Source: Alphaproteobacteria bacterium (GTDB lineage Bacteria > Pseudomonadota > Alphaproteobacteria > MPNO01). From it: a stretch of DNA of 64,000 nucleotides. How positions within the stretch are numbered: position 1 is the first letter of the stretch; the number at the start of each line of letters is the position of its first letter. The stretch spans positions 1,416,820-1,480,819 of the forward strand of contig CBDFLJ010000001.1 of NCBI GenBank assembly GCA_965248835.1, written 5' to 3'. The notes beneath the pieces are model-generated. The model was not told the DNA's origin, made no database searches, and saw only the letters and a list, made by a program, of their open reading frames with translations. This document shows positions 37,668 to 47,653 of the stretch, piece by piece. The position numbers were made by a program, and so were the translations under genes.

Positions 37668-39101
37668 GTGAGCGTATTGATCAAGGGCGGCAGGATCGTC
37701 ACCGCAGCCGATGACTACCATGCCGACATCTTCGCGGCCGACGCCACGGTGAGCCTGATCGGCACCGACCTGACGATTGAGGCCGATGAGGTGATCGATG
37801 CGGCGGGGAAGCTGGTCATCCCGGGCGGCGTCGATCCGCACACCCATCTCGAGCTTCCCTTCGGCGGCACGACGACCTCGGACACCTTCGAGTCCGGCAC
37901 CCGGGCGGCGGCGTTCGGCGGCACGACCTGCATCGTCGACTTCGCCGTCCAGTCGCGCGGTATTTCAATGCTGGAATCGCTCGATAGCTGGCATGCCAAG
38001 GCCGCCGGCAAGACCGCGATCGACTACGGCTTCCACATGATCGTTACCGACCTGCCCGAGGAGCGGGTGCCGGAGATGCGCCGCCTGTCGGACGAGGGGA
38101 TCACCAGCTACAAGCTGTTCATGGCCTATCCCGGGGCGCTGCTGTCCGATGACGGGACGATCTTCCGGGCGATGCGCAAGGCCGGCCAGGACGGCACCCT
38201 GGTCTGCATGCACGCCGAGAACGGCATCGTGATCGACGAGCTGATCAGGATCGCGCTGGCCGAGGGCCATATCGAGCCCAAATACCACGCGGTCACGCGT
38301 CCGACCCGGCTGGAGGCCGAAGGCACTCACCGCGCGCTCGCGATCGCCGAGGTCGCACGCGCGCCGGTCTATATCGTCCACCTCAGCGCCTTTGACGCGC
38401 TCAAGGAACTGCGCGATGCCCAGGCACGCGGCGTGATGGCCCACGCCGAGACCTGCCCGCAATACCTGCTGCTGGACGTCGGCGCCTATGACGAGCCCGG
38501 CTTCGACGGCGCGAAATACGTGCTGACCCCGCCGCTGCGCGAGAAATGGAACCAGGACGAGCTGTGGCGCGGACTGCGGAGCGGCGATCTGCACGTGATC
38601 TCGACCGACCATTGCCCGTTCTGCCTCAAGGAGCAGAAGGAGCTGGGCCTGGACGATTTCTCCAAGATCCCCAACGGCGGGCCGGGCATCGAGAACCGGA
38701 TGAGCCTGATCTATCACAACGGCGTCGGCGAGGGCCGGATCACCCTCAACAAGTTTGTCGAGCTGACCTCGACCGCGCCGGCCAGGATCTTCGGACTGTT
38801 CCCGCGCAAGGGCACCATCGCGGTGGGCTCGGACGCCGATATCGTCATCTTCGATCCCGACCGGTCGGAGACCATCAGCGTCCACAACCCGCGGACCCAC
38901 CACATGAACATCGACTACAGCGCCTACGAAGGCTTCACGGTCAAGGGCTATACCGAGACCGTGATCTCACGCGGCAAGATCATCGTCGACAAGGGCGCGT
39001 ATGTCGGCCGGCCGGGCGATGGGATGTTCATCAAGCGCGGCCCCTATGGCGGGCTCTACGCCGCGCAGACCTCGCGCGCCGCGCGCGAGCGCTCCGCCTG
39101 A
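37668..39101 (+). CDS. hydA: dihydropyrimidinase / D-hydantoinase (cyclic amidohydrolase)
   Basis: The metal site (GGVDPHTHLELPF) and the carboxylated-Lys region (TSYKLFMAY) are present. Length is ~477 aa. The likely start is GTG 37668, which is 7 nt after GGGAGG, though GTG 37662 is also possible. Confidence 0.85.
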   Translation: MSVLIKGGRIVTAADDYHADIFAADATVSLIGTDLTIEADEVIDAAGKLVIPGGVDPHTHLELPFGGTTTSDTFESGTRAAAFGGTTCIVDFAVQSRGISMLESLDSWHAKAAGKTAIDYGFHMIVTDLPEERVPEMRRLSDEGITSYKLFMAYPGALLSDDGTIFRAMRKAGQDGTLVCMHAENGIVIDELIRIALAEGHIEPKYHAVTRPTRLEAEGTHRALAIAEVARAPVYIVHLSAFDALKELRDAQARGVMAHAETCPQYLLLDVGAYDEPGFDGAKYVLTPPLREKWNQDELWRGLRSGDLHVISTDHCPFCLKEQKELGLDDFSKIPNGGPGIENRMSLIYHNGVGEGRITLNKFVELTSTAPARIFGLFPRKGTIAVGSDADIVIFDPDRSETISVHNPRTHHMNIDYSAYEGFTVKGYTETVISRGKIIVDKGAYVGRPGDGMFIKRGPYGGLYAAQTSRAARERSA

Positions 39102-39147
39102 AGGTCGCTGGCGCCGGCATCGATATCCGGCGCAACCCGGCCGGCGC

Positions 39148-39609
39148 TCAGGCGGAGGCCAGGCGGACCAGCTTCAGGAGCCAGAAGATAACGCAGAAGA
39201 TCCCGGTCAGGACCACCAGCAGAACCACCGCGCCGAGGCGGTCGCCGAACCCCGCGCTGAGCACCGCGCCGTCGCGCAGCAGATAGACGCACAGGATCTG
39301 CACCGCCTGCAAGGCGGCGCCCGCGCTCAGCAGGATCGCCACGAACACCGAGCCTTGCAGCGAGCTCAGCACCATCGCCTCGATCGACCGCTGCCGGGTG
39401 ATGTGCAGCCGGTAGGCCCGCCAGTGATAGCCGCAGAACCCGATCACCGCGATGACCAGCGCCGCCCAGAAGATGTCGTTGCCGTAGTCGATGCCGTTGA
39501 AGACCAGGCTGAACAGGTCCGCGAACGGTTTGTAAAAGAACAGAAAGATCAGGACGATGATGAAGACCAGGAACCCGACCAGCGTCCAGAACCATTGCCA
39601 CCCTGTCAT
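39148..39609 (-). CDS. hypothetical 4-TM membrane protein (paralog of 25651..26184)
   Basis: The 153-aa protein shares motifs with the first copy (FLFFYKPFADLF, DIFWAALVIAVIGFCGYHWRAYRLHITR, VAILLSAGAALQAV). Confidence 0.55.
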   Translation of the reverse strand: MTGWQWFWTLVGFLVFIIVLIFLFFYKPFADLFSLVFNGIDYGNDIFWAALVIAVIGFCGYHWRAYRLHITRQRSIEAMVLSSLQGSVFVAILLSAGAALQAVQILCVYLLRDGAVLSAGFGDRLGAVVLLVVLTGIFCVIFWLLKLVRLASA

Positions 39610-39669
39610 GTCGTCACCGCTGCGGGACCGCTTGTTGGGGCACCGTTTTACCCGATCGGCCGCACGCCG

Positions 39670-40716
39670 TCATTCGCCGGTTGCCGGCAGCGCGACCAGA
39701 AGAAGAACGCCGTAGAGCAGGAAGAATACGGCATCCTTGACCGCCGGCATCCCGTGGCGCGCCTGCGCGCGCGCGCTCAAGAGGACGGCAAGCTCCAGGA
39801 TGAAGAACCCCAGCGACAGATAGAAGATCGGCCACAGGGTCTGCCACCACGAGATGCCGTCGGGCGTGGCCACGCCCTGGCTCGCGCGCCAGATTACCAG
39901 AAGGACCGGTGCGAGCGTGACATAGGCATAGCCCAGCAGGAACCGCATCCGCCCGGCGGTTCGATCGATGATCCAGAAGACGACAAGCACGGCGAGGATC
40001 TGGACGGTGTCCCAGAACAGCGCGACGTATTTCCCGTCCGCGCCGGACTCCGCGAGGTTGACGAAGCCCAACACCAGCAGGAACGCCAGCCCGTCGCAGA
40101 ACAACCATTCCCGGAACGATTCGGCGCTCTGCTTCCCTGCCTCGGCGCGCGAAGCCTTGTCGAGGATGAGCACGAGGATGACCGCGAACGCACCCGGATA
40201 GGCGAGCGATAGCATCAGCCGGTATCGCTGGGCGCCGGCGACATAGGTCCAGTTCAGCAGCAGCAGGGCCGCGATCAGGATCGCGATCCCGACCACGGGG
40301 ACGAACAGCGAGGACCCGGTGCGCTCGGCCGCTTCCTGCGCCGGCGCGGCGACGGCGCCGGTGCGTGCGCGCATCCAGACGACGACCAGGAATCCGAGGA
40401 CCGCAAGCCCGGCGGCGATCAGCATGACGACGAAGAACGACGATGCGCCGGTCTGGGTACGCCAGGGGCCGCTTTTGCCCTCCCCGAGGGAGAGGGGATC
40501 GAGCTGCCAGACCAGCACCGCGCAGGCCACGACCAGCAGCGTAGCGGCCAGGATCATCGGGTAATGTGCCCCGACCGGATGCCGCGCCGGAACGTCCGGC
40601 GCAGCGCCGTCGGCCGCGCGGCCCCACCTGGCGACCGCCGCAATCACGAAGCAGACCAGCGCCAGGACGGCGATGCCGCCCATTACCTCCAGGAAGGCGA
40701 TCGAGCGGCTATCCAT
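39670..40716 (-). CDS. hypothetical polytopic membrane protein (~8 TM)
   Basis: The 348-aa protein is hydrophobic throughout. I recognise no family. It lies between the beta-ureidopropionase-like gene and the small membrane protein on the same strand. Confidence 0.55.
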   Translation of the reverse strand: MDSRSIAFLEVMGGIAVLALVCFVIAAVARWGRAADGAAPDVPARHPVGAHYPMILAATLLVVACAVLVWQLDPLSLGEGKSGPWRTQTGASSFFVVMLIAAGLAVLGFLVVVWMRARTGAVAAPAQEAAERTGSSLFVPVVGIAILIAALLLLNWTYVAGAQRYRLMLSLAYPGAFAVILVLILDKASRAEAGKQSAESFREWLFCDGLAFLLVLGFVNLAESGADGKYVALFWDTVQILAVLVVFWIIDRTAGRMRFLLGYAYVTLAPVLLVIWRASQGVATPDGISWWQTLWPIFYLSLGFFILELAVLLSARAQARHGMPAVKDAVFFLLYGVLLLVALPATGE

Positions 40717-40748
40717 CGCCGGACCGTGCTGAGGCCGGGTGTGCCGTC

Positions 40749-41612
40749 TCAGATTCGGACCAGAGGCTCATAGGTCTCCGGCCGCCGGTCACGATAGAAC
40801 TGCCAGAGGTTGCGCACCTCGCGCACGACCTCGAGATCCATCTCGCAGGTGAGGACCTCGTCCCGGTCCTCGCTCGCCTGGGCGAGGATCCTGCCGCGCG
40901 GGTCGGCGAAGTAGCTGGCGCCGTAGAACCGGCCGATCTCCCACGGCGTCTCGGTGCCGATGCGGTTGACCGCGCCGACGAAATAGCCGTTGGCGACGGC
41001 GGCGGCGGGCTGTTCGAGCTCCCATAGATGGCGGCTCAGCCCGGCCACGGTGGCCGATGGGTTGACGACGTACTCCGCGCCCGCCAGGCCCAGCGCCCGC
41101 CAGCCTTCCGGGAAATGCCGGTCGTAGCAGATGTAGACCGCGAGCCGGCAAAAGGCGGTCTCGAACACCGGATAACCCGCGTTGCCGGGCTTGAAGAAGA
41201 ATTTTTCGTAAAATCCCGCAACCTGCGGGATGTGGTGCTTGCGGTACTTGCCGAGGTATCGGCCGTCGGCGTCGATCACCGCGGCGGTGTTGTAATAGAC
41301 CCCGGTGGTCTCCTCCTCGTAGATCGGCACGACGATGACCATGCCATGCGCCCTGGCCTGTTCCTGCATCAGCCGGACGGTCGGGCCGTCGGGGACGGGC
41401 TCGGCCGCGCCGTACCATCTGGTGTCCTGGCTGGGACAGAAATAGGGCTGGTTGAAGACCTCCTGCAGGCACAGCACCTGGACGCCGCGGGCTGCGGCTT
41501 CGGCGATCAGCGGCAGGTGCGCCTCGTTCATGATGTCGCGGATCCGCTCCGGCGGCTCCTCGGTGCCGGCCTTGAGAGCCATCTGGATCAGCCCGCCCTT
41601 GAGCATGCTCAT
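40749..41612 (-). CDS. carbon-nitrogen hydrolase (nitrilase superfamily): beta-ureidopropionase / N-carbamoyl-amino-acid amidohydrolase-like
   Basis: A GGAGG RBS precedes the internal ATG (MSMLKGGLIQMAL). The catalytic Glu/Lys/Cys triad context is present (catalytic Cys in RLAVYICYDRHFPE). Confidence 0.8.
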   Translation of the reverse strand: MSMLKGGLIQMALKAGTEEPPERIRDIMNEAHLPLIAEAAARGVQVLCLQEVFNQPYFCPSQDTRWYGAAEPVPDGPTVRLMQEQARAHGMVIVVPIYEEETTGVYYNTAAVIDADGRYLGKYRKHHIPQVAGFYEKFFFKPGNAGYPVFETAFCRLAVYICYDRHFPEGWRALGLAGAEYVVNPSATVAGLSRHLWELEQPAAAVANGYFVGAVNRIGTETPWEIGRFYGASYFADPRGRILAQASEDRDEVLTCEMDLEVVREVRNLWQFYRDRRPETYEPLVRI

Positions 41613-41732
41613 GCCCGCCTCCCCCAATGCGCCGGCATCGCCTTGCGAGCGGTGTCATACCATCTGGCGGCGCCCGGCGACAGGCGCGCAAGCCGCCCGC
41701 GATACCATGTCTCCCGCGTCACGCGATCCTGC

Positions 41733-42806
41733 TCATCCGCCGCGCGGATAGAGCCGGGTGATATGGCCCATCTTGCGGCCCGGCCGCGCGTCCGCCTTGC
41801 CGTAGAGATGCAGCCGCGCGCCGGGGTCGGACAACGGGGCGAGCCAGTCCTCGATCTCCTCGCCCAGGATGTTGGTCATCACCGCATCGCTGTGGCGCTC
41901 GGTCCCCGACAGCGGCAGGCCGCAGATCGCGCGGACCAGGAGCTCGAACTGGCTGGTCGGGCAGGCATCGATGGTCCAATGCCCGGAGTTGTGCGGGCGC
42001 GGGGCGATTTCGTTGACCAGCAACCGGCCGCCCGCGCAGGCAAACATCTCCACCGCCATCACGCCGACCAGATCGAGCGCCCCGGCAATCTTCTCGGCGA
42101 TCGCGCGCGCCTGTCCGGCCATTGCCGGATCGATCCGGGCCGGTGCGCGGGTGGTTCTCAGGATCCCGTTCTCGTGGCGGTTCTCCACCGCATCGAAGGC
42201 GGCGATCACCCCGTCTTCCCCACGGCCCAGCACCACCGAGAGCTCGCAGGTGAAATCCACCCAGGCCTCGAGCACGCCGCGCGGTGCGGCAAGCGCGGAC
42301 CACGCCGGACCCGGGTCGGTATCGTCTGCGATCCGGATCTGACCCTTGCCGTCATAGCCGAGCCGGGCGGTCTTGAGGATGCCGGGCCTGCCGAGGGCGG
42401 CGCGCGCATCGGCCAGCGCTTCGGCCGAGGCGACAGCCCGGTAGGCGGTGGTCGCAACGCCGATCCGGTTGAGGAAATCCTTCTCCTCGAGGCGGTCCTG
42501 AGCGATCTCCAGGGCCTGTTTTCCGGGGCGCACCGGGATCCGTGCGGCCAGATGCGCGACCGCGCTTATCGGGATGTTCTCGAACTCGTAGGTGACAACA
42601 TCGACCGCTGCGGCGAACCCATCGAGCGCGGCGCAATCGTCATAATCCGCCACCGTCGCCGCGCAGGCCACCTCGGCCGCCGGAGAGTCCGCGTCGGGGC
42701 ACAGGACATGGCACCGATAGCCCATCGCCGCCGCGGCAAGCGCGGTCATCCGGCCGAGCTGCCCGCCGCCCAGGATGCCGATCGTCGAGCCGGGCGGCAG
42801 CCTCAT
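41733..42806 (-). CDS. purK: N5-carboxyaminoimidazole ribonucleotide synthase
   Basis: The ATP-grasp region reads IGILGGGQLGRM...EFENI...KTARLGYDGKGQ. Confidence 0.9.
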   Translation of the reverse strand: MRLPPGSTIGILGGGQLGRMTALAAAAMGYRCHVLCPDADSPAAEVACAATVADYDDCAALDGFAAAVDVVTYEFENIPISAVAHLAARIPVRPGKQALEIAQDRLEEKDFLNRIGVATTAYRAVASAEALADARAALGRPGILKTARLGYDGKGQIRIADDTDPGPAWSALAAPRGVLEAWVDFTCELSVVLGRGEDGVIAAFDAVENRHENGILRTTRAPARIDPAMAGQARAIAEKIAGALDLVGVMAVEMFACAGGRLLVNEIAPRPHNSGHWTIDACPTSQFELLVRAICGLPLSGTERHSDAVMTNILGEEIEDWLAPLSDPGARLHLYGKADARPGRKMGHITRLYPRGG

Positions 42807-42812
42807 CGATGG

Positions 42813-43310
42813 TCAATCGGCCGGCGTATCGGGCACCTCGGCCGTCTGGCGCGCACGCCAGGCGTCCAGCGCCCGGGCCACGGCCGGATCGCCGAGCGCG
42901 AGCACCGCGGCGGCAAGCAGCGCGGCATTGATCGCGCCGGGTCTGCCGACCGCCGTCGTTCCCACCGGCACGCCGCCCGGCATCTGGACGATCGACAGCA
43001 GGCTGTCCAGGCCCGACAGCCCGGTCGAGCCGACCGGCACGCCGAAGACGGGCAATGGGGTCATCGCGGCCGTCATGCCCGGCAGGTGGGCGGCCCCGCC
43101 GGCACCGGCGATGATCACCTTGAGCCCGCGCTCGCGCGCGCCGGCGGCATAGGCGTACAGCCTGTCGGGTGTGCGGTGGGCCGAGACCACCCGGGTCTCG
43201 AAGGGAATATCGAGCGCATCGAGCGTATCGGCGGCATGGCTCATCGTCGCCCAGTCCGACCGGCTGCCCATGATGATGCCGACGAGCGGCGCTGCGGCAT
43301 CGGGCGGCAT
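42813..43310 (-). CDS. purE: N5-carboxyaminoimidazole ribonucleotide mutase
   Basis: [13 protein letters not shown] and SAHRTPD motifs are present. The gene lies 6 nt upstream of purK. Confidence 0.9.
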   Translation of the reverse strand: MPPDAAAPLVGIIMGSRSDWATMSHAADTLDALDIPFETRVVSAHRTPDRLYAYAAGARERGLKVIIAGAGGAAHLPGMTAAMTPLPVFGVPVGSTGLSGLDSLLSIVQMPGGVPVGTTAVGRPGAINAALLAAAVLALGDPAVARALDAWRARQTAEVPDTPAD

Positions 43311-43451
43311 GGGCGGGCGTCTCCGTCTCCCTCGGGCGCCGCATTATAGGATCGCCGACCCCTGCCGGGCCAGCCGGTGCGAGACGTCGTCAACCGCTCC
43401 GATGCCGGAGCCTGTCCCGACAAGTCGGATCGGCCGACGGTTGCGCCGGCC

Positions 43452-43655
43452 TCAGGCGATGATGTCGGGCAGCAGAATGGCCCGGAGCCGGGTGATTGCG
43501 TCCTTGAGCATCAGCTTGCGCTTCTTCAGGCGCTGGACCTGAAGCTGGTCGAACGGCGCGTTGTCGGAAATTCGCGCAATCACGTCGTCCAGATCGCGAT
43601 GCTGGGTCTCCAAATCCGCAAGCTGCCGGCGCAGAACGTCGTACTCTTCCATCAC
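43452..43655 (-). CDS. DUF465 (YdcH-like) small protein
   Basis: A 67-aa helical protein with the typical segment LKKRKLMLKDAITRLR. Confidence 0.65.
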   Translation of the reverse strand: MMEEYDVLRRQLADLETQHRDLDDVIARISDNAPFDQLQVQRLKKRKLMLKDAITRLRAILLPDIIA

Positions 43656-43783
43656 CTCAATTGGCCGGTGGGAGTGGTCGGCGCAGTATAGCAGCGTCTG
43701 GACGAAACCGTTATCACTGGATTGGTTCCGTGCGGTGCCTAGTCCACCGCGGCGAATGGGGGCGGCCGGAATTGAGCGGGCAA

Positions 43784-44878
43784 ATGCGGATCGGCATCTT
43801 GACCAGCGGCGGCGACTGCGCGGGGCTCAACGCCGCGATCAGGGCCGTCGCCTATCGGGCGATCGGCGGCCACGGCTGGAAGGTCTTCGGCATCCACCAA
43901 GGGACCGTGGGCCTGATGCGCCGGCCGGTCGATCACCGCGAGCTCACCCTGGACATGTTCGACGGCAACCTGTTGCGTCAGGGCGGCACGATCCTCGGGA
44001 CGACGAACCGCGGCGATCCGTTCGCCTGGCCGATGCCCGACGGGACACTCAAGGACCGCTCGGAAGAGATCATCGAAGGCTACCGGCTGCTCGGGCTGGA
44101 GGCGCTGATCGTGATCGGCGGCGACGGCAGCCTTGGGATCGCGCGCCGGATCGCCCAGCAGGGCGGCCTCAACCTGATCGGCATCCCCAAGACCATCGAC
44201 AACGATGTCGGCGCCACCGAGAACGCGATCGGCTTCGGCACCGCGGTCGATGTCGCGACCGAGGCGCTGGACAGGCTCCAGCCGACCGCGGCGAGCCACA
44301 GCCGGGTGCTGGTGCTCGAGGTTATGGGCCGCGATGCCGGGCACATTGCTCTGAACGCGGGGATTGCCGGCGGGGCGGACGTGATCCTGATCCCCGAGAT
44401 CCCCTATACGCTGAACGGCATCGCCGGAAAGATCGAACGGGTCAGGAGGCAGGGCCGCAACTTCGCCCTGGTCGTGGTCGCCGAAGCGGTCAAGACCGAG
44501 GACGGCACGCGGGTGATGGTCACCGATTCGACCGGCAAAAAGCGCCTGGGCGGTATCGGTTATCACCTGGGCTCACGCATCGCCGACACGACCGCAGCGG
44601 AGACCCGGGTGACCGTGCTCGGCCATGTCCAGCGCGGCGGCACGCCGTCGCCGCGTGACCGGCTGTTCGCGGCCTCGTTCGGCGTCCACGCGGTCGAGCT
44701 GATCGCCCAGCGCCGGTTCGACCGCATGGTCGGCTGGTCCAACCGGCAATGCATCGATGTGCCGCTTGCCGATGCGATCGCCCACTACCAGGCCGTCGAA
44801 CCCGGCGGAGCGCTGGTGCGCACCGCGCGCGGGCTCGGGATCTATATCGGCAGCGAGGCAGAGGCCAATGACCATTGA
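43784..44878 (+). CDS. pfk: 6-phosphofructokinase (group III; the Lys in the PKTIDND motif hints at PPi-dependence)
   Basis: The internal ATG gives MRIGILTSGGDCAGLNAAIRAV, plus GGDGS and IPKTIDNDV motifs. The upstream ORF extension has no protein-like features. Confidence 0.85.
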   Translation: MRIGILTSGGDCAGLNAAIRAVAYRAIGGHGWKVFGIHQGTVGLMRRPVDHRELTLDMFDGNLLRQGGTILGTTNRGDPFAWPMPDGTLKDRSEEIIEGYRLLGLEALIVIGGDGSLGIARRIAQQGGLNLIGIPKTIDNDVGATENAIGFGTAVDVATEALDRLQPTAASHSRVLVLEVMGRDAGHIALNAGIAGGADVILIPEIPYTLNGIAGKIERVRRQGRNFALVVVAEAVKTEDGTRVMVTDSTGKKRLGGIGYHLGSRIADTTAAETRVTVLGHVQRGGTPSPRDRLFAASFGVHAVELIAQRRFDRMVGWSNRQCIDVPLADAIAHYQAVEPGGALVRTARGLGIYIGSEAEANDH

Positions 44879-45437
44879 TTTCCCCGCACACCCGTTCTGG
44901 GACTTCTCGCTGGAAGTCTATGGCAGCACGGGCATCCCGGAGGCCTGCCTGGAGCTTCAGGAGGCCCACGGCGTCGATGTCAACGTGATCCTGTTCTGCT
45001 GCTGGCTGGGCCGCACCGGCCGCGGCCGGCTGGAGCGGGCCGAGACCGAGGCGATGTGCGGCGCGGTCGCGCAGTGGCACGAGGTCGCGGTGTGCGGCGT
45101 GCGTGCCGTCCGCCAGCGGTTGAAGGGCGGCATGCCGCCGGCCCCGATCGCGCTTTCCGAGCCGTTGCGTCGCCGCCTGGCCGCGATCGAAGTCCAGCTT
45201 GAGCATATCGAGCAGCTCATGTTGACGGAATCGGTCGATCGGGACGCCGACGCGGCCCGCACCGAAGCCGACCGTTTGGCCGATGCGGTTGCCAACACGC
45301 GGGACTATTTCGATGCGTTCGGCGCCGCGGCGACACCGGCCGATGCCGAAAGCTTCGCGGTCATCCTGGGTTCGGTCTTCCCCGAGGCGCCGGCCGCGCG
45401 GGTCCGCAGGGCCGCAGCACGGCTCGCCTCGGGCTGA
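44868..45437 (+). CDS. TIGR02444/DUF2390 family protein
   Basis: MTIDFPAHPFWDFSLEVYG...ILFCCWLG is characteristic of the family. The start overlaps the pfk stop by 11 nt. Confidence 0.6.
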   Translation: MTIDFPAHPFWDFSLEVYGSTGIPEACLELQEAHGVDVNVILFCCWLGRTGRGRLERAETEAMCGAVAQWHEVAVCGVRAVRQRLKGGMPPAPIALSEPLRRRLAAIEVQLEHIEQLMLTESVDRDADAARTEADRLADAVANTRDYFDAFGAAATPADAESFAVILGSVFPEAPAARVRRAAARLASG

Positions 45438-45524
45438 TTTCCCTCATGGATGATTTGCAACATCGCCGCGTCGGGTTATCCTTGGGCGGTTGCGAAGCGA
45501 ACCCGGAATAGGGAGGACGGATAC

Positions 45525-45698
45525 ATGGGCGTCGGTGATCAGGTCGAATCCCTCAAGGCACGCCATGCCGAGCTCGACATGGCGCTTTCCAAGGAGAATT
45601 CCAGACCGATGCCCGATCCGGTGATCATCGCCGACCTCAAGAAAAGAAAGCTTCGCATAAAGGACGAGCTGGCCAGGCTCCAGGACGCTTCCGTCTGA
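45525..45698 (+). CDS. DUF465 (YdcH-like) small protein, second copy
   Basis: GGGAGG lies 9 nt upstream of the internal ATG. The protein reads MGVGDQVESLKARHAELD...ADLKKRKLRIKDELARLQ. Confidence 0.6.
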   Translation: MGVGDQVESLKARHAELDMALSKENSRPMPDPVIIADLKKRKLRIKDELARLQDASV

Positions 45699-45742
45699 CG
45701 GTCACACGACATGCCGCACCCGCCGGGCGCGAGGGAGGCACC

Positions 45743-47647
45743 GTGAGCGAGCTGCTGATCGACCGACTCTGCCGCCAGGCCATCGACGATCCCGAGACGT
45801 TCTGGGCAGACGCTGCCGAGGACATCTCCTGGGACCGCCGCTGGGACAAGGTGCTCGATGACGGCGCCGCGCCGCACCACCGGTGGTTCACCGGTGCGCG
45901 GCTGAATAGCTGCTACAACGCGCTCGACCGCCATATCGAGGCCGGCAACGGCCAGCGTCCGGCGCTGATCTACGACAGCCCGATCACCGGCGCCAAGGAG
46001 ACCTTCAGCTATCGCGGCCTGCGAGACCGCGTCGCGCGCCTGGCCGGCGCCCTGGCTGCGCGCGGGGTGGTGCGCGGCGACCGGGTGGTGATCTATATGC
46101 CGATGGTGCCCGAGGCCGCGATCGCGATGCTCGCCTGCGCCAGGATCGGGGCAATCCATTCGGTCGTGTTCGGCGGGTTCGCGGCCAACGAGCTGGCCAT
46201 GCGGATCGACGATTCGACGCCCAAGGCGATCATCGCCGGCTCGTGCGGGATCGAGCCCGGACGGATCCTCGCCTACAAGCCGCTGCTCGATGCCGCGATC
46301 GAGACGGCGCGCCATAAGCCGGATTTCTGCATCATCCTCCAGCGTGAGGCGCTGCGGGCCGACATGGTGCCGGGCCGCGATGTCGACTGGCACGAGGCCG
46401 AGGACGCAGCCAGCCCCCACGAATGCGTGTCGGTCGCAGCCACCGATCCGCTCTACATCCTCTACACCTCCGGCACCACCGGGCAGCCCAAGGGCATCGT
46501 CCGCGACAATGGCGGCCACGCGGTCGCGCTGCGCTGGTCGATGCCCAACATTTACGGTATTGCCGAGGACGAGGTGTTCTGGGCCGCCTCCGATGTCGGC
46601 TGGGTGGTCGGCCATTCCTATATCGTCTACGCGCCGCTGTTCAACGGCTCGACCAGCCTCCTTTTCGAGGGCAAGCCCGTCGGCACGCCCGACGCCGGCG
46701 TCTACTGGCGCATCATCGCCGAGCACGGCGTCAAGGCGCTGTTCACCGCACCGACCGCGTTCCGGGCGATCAAGAAGGAGGATCCTGACTGCCGGTTGCT
46801 CGCGGCCCACGACCTCGGCCGGTTCGAGACTCTGTTCCTGGCCGGCGAACGGGCCGATCCGGACACCGTCCGCTGGGCGGAGGCCAAGCTCGGCGTGCCG
46901 GTTGTCGATCACTGGTGGCAGACCGAGACCGGCTGGCCGATGGCCGCCAATTGCGTCGGGCTGGGCCGGCTTCCGGTCAAGTACGGCTCGCCGACCCGTC
47001 CGGTGCCGGGCTGGGATCTCAAGGTGCTGGACGAGACCGGAACCGAGCGGCGGCCGGGCGAGATCGGCGCGCTGGTCGCGCGCCTGCCGATGCCGCCCGG
47101 CTGCGCGCCGACCCTATGGAATGCCGAGGATCGGTTCCGGCAGGCCTATCTGGCCGAGTTTCCCGGCTATTACGCCACCGCCGACGCCGGTTATATCGAC
47201 GAGGACGGCTATATATTCGTGATGGCGCGGACCGACGACATCATCAACGTCGCCGGTCATCGACTGTCGACGGGCGCGATGGAGGAGGTCCTGGCGGAGC
47301 ATCCCGACGTTGCCGAATGCGCGGTCATCGGCGTCGGCGATGCGATCAAGGGCCAGGTGCCGTTCGGCTTGCTGGTGCTCAAGGACGGCGTCGCCCGCCC
47401 GCCCGAATCGATCATCGGCGAGGTCGTCGACATGGTGCGCAGCCGCATCGGCCCGGTCGCCGCGTTCAAGACGGCCACCGTGGTCGCCCGGCTGCCCAAG
47501 ACCCGGTCGGGCAAGATCCTGCGCGGCACTATGCGCAGCATCGCCGATGGCGAGGAATGGCGCATGCCGGCGACCATCGACGACCCGGTGATCCTTGAGG
47601 AGATCACCGAATCGCTGAAATCGGCAGGCTACGCCGGCAACCGCTGA
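45743..47647 (+). CDS. acyl-CoA synthetase, acetyl/propionyl-CoA synthetase family (PrpE-like)
   Basis: The AMP-binding signature is YTSGTTGQPKG, and the C-terminal motif is TRSGKILRG. The 634-aa length and N-terminal region resemble propionate--CoA ligase. The start is GTG. Confidence 0.8.
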   Translation: MSELLIDRLCRQAIDDPETFWADAAEDISWDRRWDKVLDDGAAPHHRWFTGARLNSCYNALDRHIEAGNGQRPALIYDSPITGAKETFSYRGLRDRVARLAGALAARGVVRGDRVVIYMPMVPEAAIAMLACARIGAIHSVVFGGFAANELAMRIDDSTPKAIIAGSCGIEPGRILAYKPLLDAAIETARHKPDFCIILQREALRADMVPGRDVDWHEAEDAASPHECVSVAATDPLYILYTSGTTGQPKGIVRDNGGHAVALRWSMPNIYGIAEDEVFWAASDVGWVVGHSYIVYAPLFNGSTSLLFEGKPVGTPDAGVYWRIIAEHGVKALFTAPTAFRAIKKEDPDCRLLAAHDLGRFETLFLAGERADPDTVRWAEAKLGVPVVDHWWQTETGWPMAANCVGLGRLPVKYGSPTRPVPGWDLKVLDETGTERRPGEIGALVARLPMPPGCAPTLWNAEDRFRQAYLAEFPGYYATADAGYIDEDGYIFVMARTDDIINVAGHRLSTGAMEEVLAEHPDVAECAVIGVGDAIKGQVPFGLLVLKDGVARPPESIIGEVVDMVRSRIGPVAAFKTATVVARLPKTRSGKILRGTMRSIADGEEWRMPATIDDPVILEEITESLKSAGYAGNR

Positions 47648-47653
47648 CCGGCT

